A DNA stretch of 64,000 nucleotides from an uncultured Chloroflexia bacterium (GTDB lineage Bacteria; Chloroflexota; Anaerolineae; JAAYZQ01). Position numbers and translations under genes: made by a program. Under the pieces are notes generated by a model. The model was not told the origin of the DNA and did not search any database. It saw only the letters and a program-made list of their open reading frames with translations. The stretch is taken from contig CAVOXA010000010.1 in the NCBI GenBank assembly GCA_963700285.1, positions 1,024,001-1,088,000 of the forward strand, read 5' to 3'. Position 1 is the stretch's first letter. The number at the start of each line of letters is the position of its first letter. Below, piece after piece: positions 9,548-20,469 of this stretch.

Positions 9548-11503
9548 ATGACCGGGGCGATTGTGCAACGCTTCCACCTAGGGATCCTGCTCACAGTCCT
9601 GCTGGCCTTTGGCCTGCGGCTCTATGCCATAGATCGCCAGGATATCTGGGGGGATGAGGCTTTTAGCATTTGGCTCAGTGGCCAGGCCCTTCCCGAGGTG
9701 GTGGCTGGCGGCTCCGATACCCACCCCCCCCTCTATCCTTCACTGCTCTTTTTCTGGTTGCGTCTTGCCGGATCTGTTCCTCTGGCCACGCGATTCCTAT
9801 CGGTCCTGGCCGGAACCTTGCTAGTACCAGTGGTCTATCTCCTCGGTTGTTACGCTTTTCCCCCTTCTCGTTCACCATCCTCTGTTACTGACCAGGGCAA
9901 GCCAAACCTCGGAAAAAACTCGCTAGTCGGTGGCCTTGCCGCCCTCTTGGTCGCTGTCTCGCCTGTTCTGGTCTATTACTCACAGGAAACCCGCATGTAC
10001 GGCCTGGCCACCCTTCTGGCTGCAGCTTCAGTCTATTGCGCTGTACGTCTGATCAATGAGCCAAACTCAAGGGTAGCCTGGCTGGCCTATTATGTGACGA
10101 CTCTCGCTGCAGCCTATACACACTATTATGCCTTCTTTGTCATTCTGGCTGAGAATCTGGTCCTGATCATATTCTGGCTCCTGCGCCGCCAGCGCCGCAA
10201 CTTGCTCCACTGGTTTGTTGCACAAGGGTGCGTCGCCCTGGCCTATCTGCCCTGGATCCTCGTCCAGACTGCGTTCCTGAGTGGCAAGGCGAGCGCCCGC
10301 TACAAGGAATGGGGCTTGGCCACAGCCCTTCGCATTGCGGGCGAGACCTTCTCTGCCTTTGGCGCCGGGCTGGCTGTCCCGTCCATGGCAACCACCCTGA
10401 TTACCATGCTGTTTCTCATCGTGGTAGCTGCCGGTCTGACGGCCCTGCTTCGCCGTTCCCGGCCCCAGTCATGGCTGATCGCCGCCTATTTCTTCCTCCC
10501 GCTGTTTCTCGCCTGGGCCGTCAACCCCATTATGCCCTTCTTCTACCCCCGCTACTTGCTGCTCATCGCGCCTGCTTTTTATCTGCTGGCCGCGTGGGGC
10601 GTGATGGCCTGGCAACATCTGTGGCGCCCCTTGAGTGCTGTAGGGGCTGCGCTTCTGTTGATCGGGAGCCTTTACGGCTTGCTGGGCTACTATGCTGACG
10701 ACGCCTTCCTCAAAGGCCGCTATGGACAGATGATGGCCCATATTCAGGCCAACGCCCAGCCCGGCGACGGTCTCATCCTGGCCAACCAACTCCAGCGCCC
10801 AATATTCGAATACTATCAACCTGATGGGCTGGAAGCCTCCTACTTTCCCAGGTACGAGTACCCGTTGGAAGATCCACGCACTGCTCTTGACCTGGCAGCA
10901 TTTGCCAGCCGGCATCCACGCCTGTGGTTGATCCGCTTTGGAAACCCGGCCGAGTACGATCCTCAGGGCCTTCTGCCTCGCTGGCTGGCGAACCACGGCA
11001 GCAAAGCCTACTTTGATGGTTGGGTGGACGCTGACCTCTCGCTCTATGTCATGGCGCCTGCCGGAGACCCTAGTGCGATCCAGCGGCCACTGAGCGTCGA
11101 GCTGGGGGATCAGGTACGACTCTTGGGCTATGCCCTCAGCGCCGAGCAGGTAGCTCCTGGCGACACCCTGCTTTTGACCCTGTACTGGCAAGCGCTTGCC
11201 CCAATACCCGAACGGTACACCGTGTTCACGCACCTGCTAGACCCATCCGATCGTATTATTGCCCAGATAGACAGTGAGCCCCAAGGCGGAGGCCTGCCCA
11301 CAGATCGGTGGGGCGCCGGCCAGGTCGTCCAGGACAATTATGCCCTGGTTATTGACCCCAACGCCGGGTCAGGGCTCCATGTCGTTGAGGTCGGCATGTA
11401 TCTACTCGAGACCCTCGAGCGACTTCCTGTCCGTGATGCCGATTCGGGTACGCCCTTGGGCGACCGGGTGCTGATTGGTACCGTCGAGGTACAGGCCCCA
11501 TGA
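9548..11503 (+). CDS. GT-C fold (GT39/PMT-ArnT-like) membrane glycosyltransferase with a C-terminal soluble domain
   Basis: LRLY...IWGDEAFS, DTHPPLY, YYSQETRMY, YTHYY, PRYLL; many TM helices; C-terminal LLGYAL...LTLYWQAL...YTVFTHLL domain. Confidence 0.85.
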   Translation: MTGAIVQRFHLGILLTVLLAFGLRLYAIDRQDIWGDEAFSIWLSGQALPEVVAGGSDTHPPLYPSLLFFWLRLAGSVPLATRFLSVLAGTLLVPVVYLLGCYAFPPSRSPSSVTDQGKPNLGKNSLVGGLAALLVAVSPVLVYYSQETRMYGLATLLAAASVYCAVRLINEPNSRVAWLAYYVTTLAAAYTHYYAFFVILAENLVLIIFWLLRRQRRNLLHWFVAQGCVALAYLPWILVQTAFLSGKASARYKEWGLATALRIAGETFSAFGAGLAVPSMATTLITMLFLIVVAAGLTALLRRSRPQSWLIAAYFFLPLFLAWAVNPIMPFFYPRYLLLIAPAFYLLAAWGVMAWQHLWRPLSAVGAALLLIGSLYGLLGYYADDAFLKGRYGQMMAHIQANAQPGDGLILANQLQRPIFEYYQPDGLEASYFPRYEYPLEDPRTALDLAAFASRHPRLWLIRFGNPAEYDPQGLLPRWLANHGSKAYFDGWVDADLSLYVMAPAGDPSAIQRPLSVELGDQVRLLGYALSAEQVAPGDTLLLTLYWQALAPIPERYTVFTHLLDPSDRIIAQIDSEPQGGGLPTDRWGAGQVVQDNYALVIDPNAGSGLHVVEVGMYLLETLERLPVRDADSGTPLGDRVLIGTVEVQAP

Positions 11504-12477
11504 CGGACAGAACCAGGCTTTCGAGATCTTGGAAACTGACAATAGTCCTGCTCATCACCCTGGTAGCTGGTATTCTGCGCTTCTATCGACTGCAAGAGGT
11601 GCCACCCGGCCTCCACTTTGACAAAGGATTCAAGGGCGTTACAACCCGTGCCCTTCTTTGTGCACTGGGCGCCTGGACCCTATGGCGGGGTGCTGCAAGG
11701 GTAGATCGCCAATGGCCAAGGGTGGCTGTGGCCCTGCTGTTGACCGTAGGCCTGGTCTTTTCCGGTGTATCCACAGCGCGGGCCTATTATCTAACCTGGG
11801 GGCAAAGCCCGGACCTATTCTACGCCTACGACGTGGGGCTGGTCGAGATTGCTGAGTACATAAATATCCTTCCCGCAGACCAGGATGTCTACCTGACACC
11901 GACTTTCCGCGACCACTTTTCTTTGGCGTATCTCGCGCACCGCCCCTTTGAAAGCTTTGACGGGCGCGCGGGGTTGGTCTTTGCCCCGCCGGAACGGGAC
12001 GCCACGGTCATCGTTCTCTTGCGCGAGGACAGCGCAACCTTGCCCGCCCTGAAACAGATGCGTCCCGACGGAAATGTCACCTGGACGCTGACCGACAGCT
12101 TTGGCCGTCCCTACGCCGCGGCCTACCACCTACCGGCCTTGGCTGGCGAACTCGCTCCCTTCCCCCCACCGAACCACCGCATGGAGGCAACATTCAGCGG
12201 TAAAGCGCGCTTTCTGGGTTATTCCTTGGACGCAGAAACAGTCGCGCCAGGGAGTAGCCTGAACCTGATCCTCTACTGGCAGGCGTTAGCGCCACTCGAC
12301 GACGACTATACGGTCTTTGCCCATCTACTGGGCAGTCCTAAACCATCGACCGGCAGCCCCATCTGGGCAGGGCACGACGCTCAGCCGGACCTTGGCCACT
12401 ATCCCACTACCGATGCCGAGGGGCAGCCCATACCCGACGATGCTGTTTTGCTAGGGCCCATCCAGGTGGAGGACTAG
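11500..12477 (+). pseudogene. Internally deleted GT39-like glycosyltransferase (reading frame still open)
   Basis: N-terminus LRFYRLQEVPPGLHFDK joins directly to the last TM helices, so the central membrane core is absent. A second gap at HYPTT/DAEG is seen relative to the upstream paralogue. Confidence 0.65.
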
Positions 12478-12521
12478 ACCTTGGCAATGGATATCGATGC
12501 TCGGAGTTCGGAGGAAAAGCC

Positions 12522-14877
12522 ATGACCCTCAAACGCCATCCTTGGATCCGCGCACTCTTTGTGCCAGCCTTTCTCTTGCTGATCACGCTTGGATTCTTTT
12601 GGCGCATACTCTTTACCCCTGACACCTGGAAACCAGCCGGCGGCGGTGATTTGGTATCCTTCCTCTTTCCCACGTACCGCTTTGCCGCCGCCAGCCTGAG
12701 ATCCGGGCAATTGCCCCTGTGGCAACCCCACCTCTACGGCGGCGCCCCTTTTCTGGCGGACATGCAGTCGGGTCTTTTTTATCCACCCAACTTGATTCTT
12801 TTTCTCCTGGCTCCCGATTTCCCCTACGAGGCCATGGAGTGGATGGCGGTCCTGCACATCTTTCTGGCGGGTCTGTTCATGTACCTCTGTTTGCGATACC
12901 TGGAACCGGGCCGCCCCATACGCGTTCCGGCTGCCCTGACGGGCGCCATCGCCTATATGTTCTCCGACCTGTTCATCGTCCACTTTGGCAACCTGAACCT
13001 CATCGCTGTGGCTGCCTGGCTGCCGGTCATTTTTCTCCTCTTCTGGCGAGCACTTCGAACGCAGCGCCTGAGTCTGGGCGCTGGGAGCAGGCGTCGCTCT
13101 TGGCATCGCCACACTGGAAGGCCACCTTCAGATCACCCTTTATATCGGCCTGGCCCTGACGGTAGCCGCTATCGCGGAAACCGTAACCACCCCACCACGT
13201 GTACCGGCACCGGGCGACTTGGCCGGAGGAACGACCGGGAGGGATACGAAAGGCCGACGCGGCTGGCCGCTGTTCGCCCTACTCGTCACCGCCGCCGTTG
13301 CCATTGGTCTCTCTGCGCTCGTTCTCCTGCCCACCCTCGAGTATACCCGCCTTAGCCCGCGCGCCGATCTACCCTACAAACAAGCTGCCCGCTTTTCCCT
13401 GGTCCCTGGACTGCTAGGCGAAATGGTGGTGCCCGCCCTGTTCAACACCCGAGAGCCAGGCCAATACTGGGGTGTCTGGGATCGCGTAGCTGTCGGCTAC
13501 CTGGGTATCTTTCCCCTGATCCTGGCCGTCCTGTCCGTCCTCTTGTGGTGGGGACGGCGTATCCGCGTGTTCGCCATCCTGGCTGGGGTCGCCTTTCTTC
13601 TGGCTCTGGGGGGCGAGTCGGTAGTCCATGGCTGGGCCTACCGGCTGTTGCCAGGCTTTGGCCAACTCCGCGCCCCGGCACGTACGATCCTCCTGCTGGA
13701 CTTTGCGCTGGCCGCCCTGGCGGCCCTTGGCCTGGGCCATCTCCTCAAACCGATGGATCGCCGGACTCGAAGATCATTTGAAAAGGTCTGGCGGGGATTG
13801 CTCTGGCTTACGGGCGCTGCAGTCATCGTCGGCGCGGCCTGGGCCTATCTGGTCGTCTACCAGGCGCAGGACCGCGATCCGGCCGTATTCTGGCGCGTAT
13901 CCGCCGCGGGCAGCGGCGCGATCTTTGCCCTGCTGATGCTGGTGGCTAGCATGGCCTGGCTCAGCGCCAGACGCGCAGGGCGCCCAAAGCGTCGAATATT
14001 GGCCTGGCTGGCCGTCGGGCTCGTCTTTCTGGATCTTGCTTCGGTGGGGGCCTACACCGATGTGGGCAACAAACCACCCACGGCTGGCTTTGACCACCCT
14101 GAGATTATCGGCTTTCTAAAGCAAGAGCCCGGGATCTTTCGTATTGACTCACGAACCGATGTTTGGGGCGCCTGGCAGCCTGACCTGGCCCTGCTGGCCG
14201 GGCTGTACGACGTGAGCGGCGTTGACAACCCACTTGTCGTGGCTGACATTGCTCGCTTCTGGGAGGGTACAGGAGGTCGCTCGACCCGCCTTTACGATCT
14301 ACTGGGCGTCCGCTACGTTCTAGGCAGCAAAGATGTAACGCTGGACTGGGACAAGTTCAGCCTGGCCTTCGACGCAGACCCATCGGTCAACGTCTACCGC
14401 AACGAGACACCCCTACCTCGCGCCTTCATGGTACATCGGGCGATCTCGGTCGCCGATCATGACGACGCCTGGGTCCGCATTCAGGAGCCCGGTTTCGACC
14501 CCGCTACAACCGTGGTCCTCGAGGGCGGCCGGTCGATAGAGATTCATCCTGACAGGCAGGCTAGCGTAGAGGTCGCACAGTATGACTCGAACGCCCTCGT
14601 GATAGCGGTCGATACGCCGGCAGAGGGCTATCTCTTCCTCAGCGATCCCTATTACCCTGGGTGGCAGGCAAAGGTAGATGACGAACCAGCACCTATCCTG
14701 CGGGCAAACTATGCATTCCGTGCCGTCGCGGTCCCAGCCGGTTCGCACCGGGTGACCATGACCTTCCAACCCACATCGTGGTTTGCCGGCTTGGGGATCA
14801 CGGCACTAACTCTTCTGGGCCTCGTCGGCTTGCTGGTGGGCTTGCTCTTTTGGCGGCGCCAGTCCAGCCAACCGTAG
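12522..14877 (+). CDS. YfhO-family GT-C membrane protein (1-nt frameshift near 13077)
   Basis: GDLVSFLFP, GQLPLWQPHLYGGAPFLAD-QSGLFYPPN, GHLQ after correction, LRAPAR, LPRAF, LSDPYYPGWQAKVD, RANYAFRAVAVPAGSH. Confidence 0.85.
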
Positions 14878-14898
14878 TTGCCCGGCCCCGGCTGATAT

Positions 14899-14927
14899 TT
14901 GTCATTGACAGCTCAGCGGGGTATGAT
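14899..14927 (+). promoter_or_regulatory. Sigma70-type promoter
   Basis: TTGTCA, 17 nt, TATGAT, upstream of ATG 14966. Confidence 0.55.
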
Positions 14928-14965
14928 ATGTTGGTCCGGCGGAAAAACTACGCAGCGAGGCGGAA

Positions 14966-16387
14966 ATGCCACAATCATCCAACGTCATAGGGCGCGTTGT
15001 CAAGCGCCTGTTTGGCACCCTGCCCGGCCTGCTCACCCTGGTCGTGACCTGGGATGCCCTAATCGTAGCCACGCTATCGCTCTTCTCCGGGCCTGTTCGC
15101 CCGCTGGGTTTGGCTGAACTGCTTCGCATGGATCTCGGCGATGCCCACCGGGTTGGCCGCATCATCATGCTCTACCACTCGCTGGCCATACCCTTTGTCG
15201 CAGCATTGGTCTACCTGATCCTGGACCAAGTGCCCATGGGCGCCCCGGAGGAGGAGAGAAGGGTACGCCGCTCCATTGTGGTACCCGTCACCGCCGGCTA
15301 CATGCTTACCAGTTTAGGTGGCATGACCTTCGCCTATGGAGGGCGGAGCTGGATCGCCCACGGCATCTACCTGGTCGGGCTATCGCTCGTATTCTATGCC
15401 GGCGTACTACTGGCGATCGCCCTCTGGCCTTCGCGGCGCTGGGCAACCGATCCCACCCGCTACGCCCACCTGGCCGGCGTTTCCCTGGAGCGCTTGGCCT
15501 TCTTCCTGGTGGCCGTCTTTACCCTCGTCTCAGCCGCCATCGGCGGGGCGGCCGGGGCCTTTTTCGGAAACGGCTTCGCGGCCTTCCTGGCTGAGGACAT
15601 CGTACGGCAGGAAGTGCATACGACCTTCCAGTTGATGATCATCGCCCACCTGCACATCATGCTGACCCTCACCGACGTGATGATCCTGCTGCTGGTCATC
15701 CGCACGTATCGCGTCTCAGGCCGGGTACACAGGATTGCAGTCCCCCTGACCATCATTGGCACGGTCATTGTCACTTTCGCTACCTGGTCGGTCATTGGTT
15801 GGGAGGGCGCCCACAAGGTGATCAACATCGGCTCGGCGTTTTTACTACCCGGCGCCATCCTCGTCACCATTTGGGGCTTTGCCTTCTTGATCCGCGAGCG
15901 GATCGGTGAGGTACAGGCCAGTCTGGGCCAGAAGCTCCGGGCCTTGTTTGCCGATCCCATCCGCTTTGGTATCTTTTTCGAGTTGGTTTTCGTCAACCTC
16001 GTTGTCACTGTGCCAGGTGTCACCGTCGCCTTCAACCTGGATACCTATCGCTCACCAGCCTACCTGGCCGTAGAGAGAACGATCTTGGTCGGACACTGGC
16101 ACATACTGGCCACCCTGTCAGCCGTCATCGTTCTCTTGCTCATTGCCGATAGGCTGGGCACACACGGTTGGCTGCGCCAGGTCTTTGGCTGGGGCCTTTT
16201 GCTAGGATCGACCCTATCCTTCGTGTTTGTCAACGTCTACATGTTCAGGCAACCTGGTCAGGAGAAGGCCTGGACCGTGCCCTTGTTTGAGATGGGTATC
16301 GCCCTCAGCCTGGTGATGATCGCCATCTTTGTGGCTGCGCAACTGACCCAAACGGTTAGAGCAGAATCCCGCACCGATCCCGGATAG
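14966..16387 (+). CDS. Polytopic membrane protein (about 12 TM) with intramembrane His motifs, function unknown
   Basis: About 12 hydrophobic segments; YHSLA, IAHG, IAHLHIM, AHKVI and VGHWHIL motifs. Confidence 0.75.
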   Translation: MPQSSNVIGRVVKRLFGTLPGLLTLVVTWDALIVATLSLFSGPVRPLGLAELLRMDLGDAHRVGRIIMLYHSLAIPFVAALVYLILDQVPMGAPEEERRVRRSIVVPVTAGYMLTSLGGMTFAYGGRSWIAHGIYLVGLSLVFYAGVLLAIALWPSRRWATDPTRYAHLAGVSLERLAFFLVAVFTLVSAAIGGAAGAFFGNGFAAFLAEDIVRQEVHTTFQLMIIAHLHIMLTLTDVMILLLVIRTYRVSGRVHRIAVPLTIIGTVIVTFATWSVIGWEGAHKVINIGSAFLLPGAILVTIWGFAFLIRERIGEVQASLGQKLRALFADPIRFGIFFELVFVNLVVTVPGVTVAFNLDTYRSPAYLAVERTILVGHWHILATLSAVIVLLLIADRLGTHGWLRQVFGWGLLLGSTLSFVFVNVYMFRQPGQEKAWTVPLFEMGIALSLVMIAIFVAAQLTQTVRAESRTDPG

Positions 16388-16493
16388 CCGTACCAGACGC
16401 AACCCGTGAAGCAAGCCTGGTCTACCGCCACACTCCAAGCCTGCACAGTCTTGCGGTGTTGCAGGCGCAGTTACCCAGAATGAGCGCGATAGA

Positions 16494-16522
16494 TTGACAT
16501 TTTCTCCTGGGCCTGATAAAAT
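16494..16522 (+). promoter_or_regulatory. Sigma70-type promoter
   Basis: TTGACA, 17 nt, TAAAAT. Confidence 0.75.
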
Positions 16523-16587
16523 GAATATACGAGGCCATCTTTCACGTCCGGGCCCCTTCTGGCTCGGAAACAAGGAGCTGAGAGGAC

Positions 16588-16953
16588 ATGTCTGAGGAGT
16601 ACGCGATCCCGCCAGCGGACGATCTGACCGATAACGACCGCGCAATGGCCGCCCTGTCTTACCCAATTCCCATCGTGGCCATTGTCGTTCTATTGGTCGA
16701 GGAGATGAAAACCCGTCCTTTCCAAAAGTATCATGCCGTACAGGCCCTGGCTGCCAACACCGTCCTCTGGACCACCATCATCCTGCTGGGCTGCATCCTG
16801 GGCACGCTATCGTTCTTTCTCGGTGGGGTATGCAGCACACTTGCCTTTCTGCTGTGGTTCATCACCCTCTATTGGGCGTACCAAGCCTATCAGGGCTTGT
16901 ACTTTGAGATCCCGGTCCTGACCCGGTTCTTGCAGAGTCAGAACTGGCTCTAG
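16588..16953 (+). CDS. DUF4870-like small membrane protein
   Basis: NDRAMAALSY, RPFQKYHAVQAL, AYQGLYFEIPVL; three TM helices; AAGGAG ribosome-binding site. Confidence 0.75.
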   Translation: MSEEYAIPPADDLTDNDRAMAALSYPIPIVAIVVLLVEEMKTRPFQKYHAVQALAANTVLWTTIILLGCILGTLSFFLGGVCSTLAFLLWFITLYWAYQAYQGLYFEIPVLTRFLQSQNWL

Positions 16954-17025
16954 CCCCGACACAATCGCAAGGCCAAAGAGCGAGAAGACTTCCCTCGCTC
17001 TTTGTTGTTTTCAGGAGCGCCTAAA

Positions 17026-18762
17026 TTGACCCTTCAGTCCAAGCGGTGGCAGATTGCGCCACAAGTTGACGAGCAACAGTTGGCGCGCTACCCTGACCTG
17101 GCGCCGCTTGTCGTCCAGTTGCTGCACAACCGCCGTCTCGATGATCCAGACCCGGTCCACGATTTTCTGGCGGGCCGTGCCACCATGGACAATCCCTTCC
17201 GGCTCAAGGGCATGAGCGAAGCCGTAACCCGTCTTCGACGAGCCATCGACAAAGGCGAACAGATCGCCGTGTACGGCGACTTTGACGCCGACGGCGTGAC
17301 CGCCACGGCCCTGCTGGTGCAGACGCTGTCTGCACTGGGCGCACAGGCGATACCCTACATCCCCGACCGCGTGAAGGAGGGCTATGGCCTGAACTTGGAT
17401 GCGCTGCGAAAGCTGTATTCCCAGGGCGTCCGCGTCGTGGTCACCGTCGATTGTGGCATCCGCTCGGTCTGCGAGGTCGAGACGGCAAGCAAAGGACCGG
17501 GCAAGAAGGGCCTGGACATTATCATCACCGATCACCATACACCGCTCGACAATCTGCCGCCGGCCCTGGCCATCATCAACCCCAAACAGCCGGATTGTTC
17601 CTATCCTCACCAGAACTTGGCTGGCGTGGGCCTGGCTTACAAGCTGGCCCAAGGTCTGCTGCGCGCCCAATCAAGAGCCGGTCGAGGCTGCGATCTCAGC
17701 GAGGATTCGCTACTCGACCTGGTGGCCCTGGGCACGGTCGCCGACCTGGCCCCCTTGCAGGGCGAGAACCGCTCCCTGGTGCGGCGCGGCCTGGAACTCA
17801 TGAACGAAGTGCAGCGCCCTGGCATCATGGCCCTCATGGCTGATGCCGGCCTGCGGCGCGGTGAAGTAAACGCCACCGCCATCGGCTTCCGCCTGGGGCC
17901 ACGTCTCAATGCAGCCGGCCGCATGGATACGGCCATGCTGGCCTACCGGTTGCTGACCAGCATGGAACCCCTGGAAGCAAAAGAGCTGGCGGGAGAACTG
18001 GGCAAGCTCAACCGGGACCGCCAGGCAGCAACCGAGGTGATTGTCGCTGCTGCCGAGAAACAAGTACAGGCTGACGACCCAGATGCCTATTTCCTTATGG
18101 CCGCCGGTGAGGACTTTCAACCCGGCATCGTCGGCCTGGCAGCCAGTCGCTTGACAGAAGAGCACTACCGCCCCGCCGCTGTCGTCGAGCTAGGCAAGAA
18201 GAAAAGCCGGGGCTCTTGCCGCTCCATCCCCGAGTTCAACATCACGCGGGCATTGGACCGCTGCGCGGATATGCTGATACGCCACGGTGGTCACGCCGCC
18301 GCCGCCGGCTTTACCATCGAAACTCAAAACCTGAATGCCTTGCGCCAGCGACTGCAGGCCATCGCTGCTGAGAAGCTGACCGGGATAGACTTGCGACCTA
18401 CCCTGCAAATCGACGCCGAAATCAACCTCGAAGAGGTCAGTTGGGCAACCCACGCCCAGATGGGCGAGATCGAGCCCTGCGGCATCGACAATCCACAACC
18501 CGTGCTCCTCAGCCCGGGGCTGAAGGTACGCGACCGGCGCGCTATCGGTAAGGAGAGCAAGCACCTCAAGCTCACGCTGAGCGACAGCCGGGGCGTAGCT
18601 TGGGACGCCATCTACTTCCGGGCTGGCCATCTCCTGGGTGAAATTCCCAGTCGGGTCGACGCGGCCTACACCCTGGAGGCCAATGAATGGAACCACCGCA
18701 AGCGCCTGCAGCTCAACATCCAGGATCTGAGACCAACACCCATTGGGGAAAGCAGCCTTTGA
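17026..18762 (+). CDS. recJ: Single-stranded-DNA-specific exonuclease RecJ
   Basis: YGDFDADG, EGYG, TVDCGI, ITDHH, GTVAD, GPRLNAAGR, RGSCRS, GGHAAAAG. TTG 17026 follows AGGAG. Confidence 0.96.
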   Translation: MTLQSKRWQIAPQVDEQQLARYPDLAPLVVQLLHNRRLDDPDPVHDFLAGRATMDNPFRLKGMSEAVTRLRRAIDKGEQIAVYGDFDADGVTATALLVQTLSALGAQAIPYIPDRVKEGYGLNLDALRKLYSQGVRVVVTVDCGIRSVCEVETASKGPGKKGLDIIITDHHTPLDNLPPALAIINPKQPDCSYPHQNLAGVGLAYKLAQGLLRAQSRAGRGCDLSEDSLLDLVALGTVADLAPLQGENRSLVRRGLELMNEVQRPGIMALMADAGLRRGEVNATAIGFRLGPRLNAAGRMDTAMLAYRLLTSMEPLEAKELAGELGKLNRDRQAATEVIVAAAEKQVQADDPDAYFLMAAGEDFQPGIVGLAASRLTEEHYRPAAVVELGKKKSRGSCRSIPEFNITRALDRCADMLIRHGGHAAAAGFTIETQNLNALRQRLQAIAAEKLTGIDLRPTLQIDAEINLEEVSWATHAQMGEIEPCGIDNPQPVLLSPGLKVRDRRAIGKESKHLKLTLSDSRGVAWDAIYFRAGHLLGEIPSRVDAAYTLEANEWNHRKRLQLNIQDLRPTPIGESSL

Positions 18763-18831
18763 CACCAAATGTGCTGTGTTGCACGCTATAGGTCAGACGA
18801 AAACCCTGCACGGGACAGGAAGGGAAACCAC

Positions 18832-20370
18832 GTGGAGAGAAAACTTCAAGAACTCGAGGATCGCCTCACAGAAATCAACAATCTCAGGTCCGCGGCGGCG
18901 GTGCTCGAGTGGGACCAAACAACCTACATGCCTCCAGGAGGCGCACCGGCGCGCGCCCGCCAAATCGCCACATTGGGGCGGCTAGCCCACGAGAGGTTCA
19001 TCGATCCGGCCATTGGCAAACTGCTGGATGACCTCCGGCCCCACGAGGAGAGCCTGCCCTATGACTCGGATGGTGCCAGCCTCATCCGAGTGACCCGCCG
19101 TGATTACGAGCGGGCCACCAGGATCCCTCCATCGTTCGTGGCCGAGATCGAGAACCACGCGGCAGAGTCTTACCAGGCCTGGACGGTGGCCCGCCCGGCA
19201 GACGATTTTGGCGCGGTGGAGCCCTATCTCGAGAAGACGCTGGATCTGAGCCGCCAGTATGCGGACTTTTTCCCTGGCTACGAGCACATTGCCGATCCCC
19301 TGATCGACGAGGCGGATTACGGGATGAAGGCATCGACCCTGCGCATCCTCTTTGCCGACCTGCGCCAGCAACTGGTACCCATCGTGCAGGCCATCACCGC
19401 CCAGCCTCCAGCCGATGATTCATGCCTTCGCCAGGCTTTCCCCGGGGCCCAGCAGGTGGCTTTCAGCACCGAGGTCATCGAGCGGTTCGGCTACGACCTG
19501 GGTCGGGGCCGGCAGGACATCTCTCCTCACCCCTTTACCACCAACTTTTCTATCGACGATGTGCGCATCACCGTCCGCGTCCAGGAGGAGTTTTTGGGCG
19601 AGGCGATGTTCAGCGCCTTCCACGAGGCCGGCCACGCCATGTACGAGCAAGGCGTAGCCGTCAACCTGGAAGGTACTCCGCTGGCCGAGGGCACATCGGC
19701 CGGCGTACACGAGAGCCAGTCGCGCCTCTGGGAGAACCTCGTCGGCCGCAGCCGCGGCTTCTGGAGCTGCTTCTACCCCCGGCTGCAGGCCATCTTCCCC
19801 GACCAATTGGCCGCTGTACCTCTGGATACCTTCTACCGGGCCATCAACAAGGTTGAACGTTCCCTGATCCGGACCGATGCCGACGAGGTGACCTACAACC
19901 TGCACGTCATGCTGCGCTTCGACTTGGAGCTGGCACTGCTTGAGGGCAACCTGGCTGTGCGGGATCTGCCCGAAGCCTGGCGCGAGCGATTCAGAGCCGA
20001 TCTGGGCATCGTCCCGCCTGACGACCGCGACGGCGTACTGCAGGACGTCCACTGGTACGGGGGCGTGATCGGCGGCCGGTTCCAGGGCTACACGCTGGGC
20101 AATATCCTGAGCGCCCAGTTCTATGAAGCGGCACTGCAGGCCCATCCCGAGATCCCGGACGAAATCGCAGAGGGCAAGTTTGACACATTGCACACCTGGC
20201 TGAAGGACGAGATCTACCAACACGGGCGCAAGTTCACCGCCCCAGAGCTTGTTGAACGCGTCACCGGTGGCCCCATGCGTATCGAGCCCTATGTGCACTA
20301 TCTCTGGAAAAAGTATGGGGAGTTGTGTGCGTTGCCTGTGGCCAGTACTCCCCCTCCTCCCAGCGATTAA
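18832..20370 (+). CDS. Carboxypeptidase Taq (peptidase M32)
   Basis: HPF, DVRIT, HEAGHAMYEQG, HESQSRLWEN, IRTDADEVTYNLH, QDVHW, YTLGN. Confidence 0.95.
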   Translation: MERKLQELEDRLTEINNLRSAAAVLEWDQTTYMPPGGAPARARQIATLGRLAHERFIDPAIGKLLDDLRPHEESLPYDSDGASLIRVTRRDYERATRIPPSFVAEIENHAAESYQAWTVARPADDFGAVEPYLEKTLDLSRQYADFFPGYEHIADPLIDEADYGMKASTLRILFADLRQQLVPIVQAITAQPPADDSCLRQAFPGAQQVAFSTEVIERFGYDLGRGRQDISPHPFTTNFSIDDVRITVRVQEEFLGEAMFSAFHEAGHAMYEQGVAVNLEGTPLAEGTSAGVHESQSRLWENLVGRSRGFWSCFYPRLQAIFPDQLAAVPLDTFYRAINKVERSLIRTDADEVTYNLHVMLRFDLELALLEGNLAVRDLPEAWRERFRADLGIVPPDDRDGVLQDVHWYGGVIGGRFQGYTLGNILSAQFYEAALQAHPEIPDEIAEGKFDTLHTWLKDEIYQHGRKFTAPELVERVTGGPMRIEPYVHYLWKKYGELCALPVASTPPPPSD

Positions 20371-20469
20371 CCGGGAGGAAGAGGTTTGGGAAGGGGAGGA
20401 AAAAAGAGAGCTTTACCCGCAGGACGTTGGGAGAAGCTCGGTGACAGCTCAACTTGCCCATTTCGGGCT

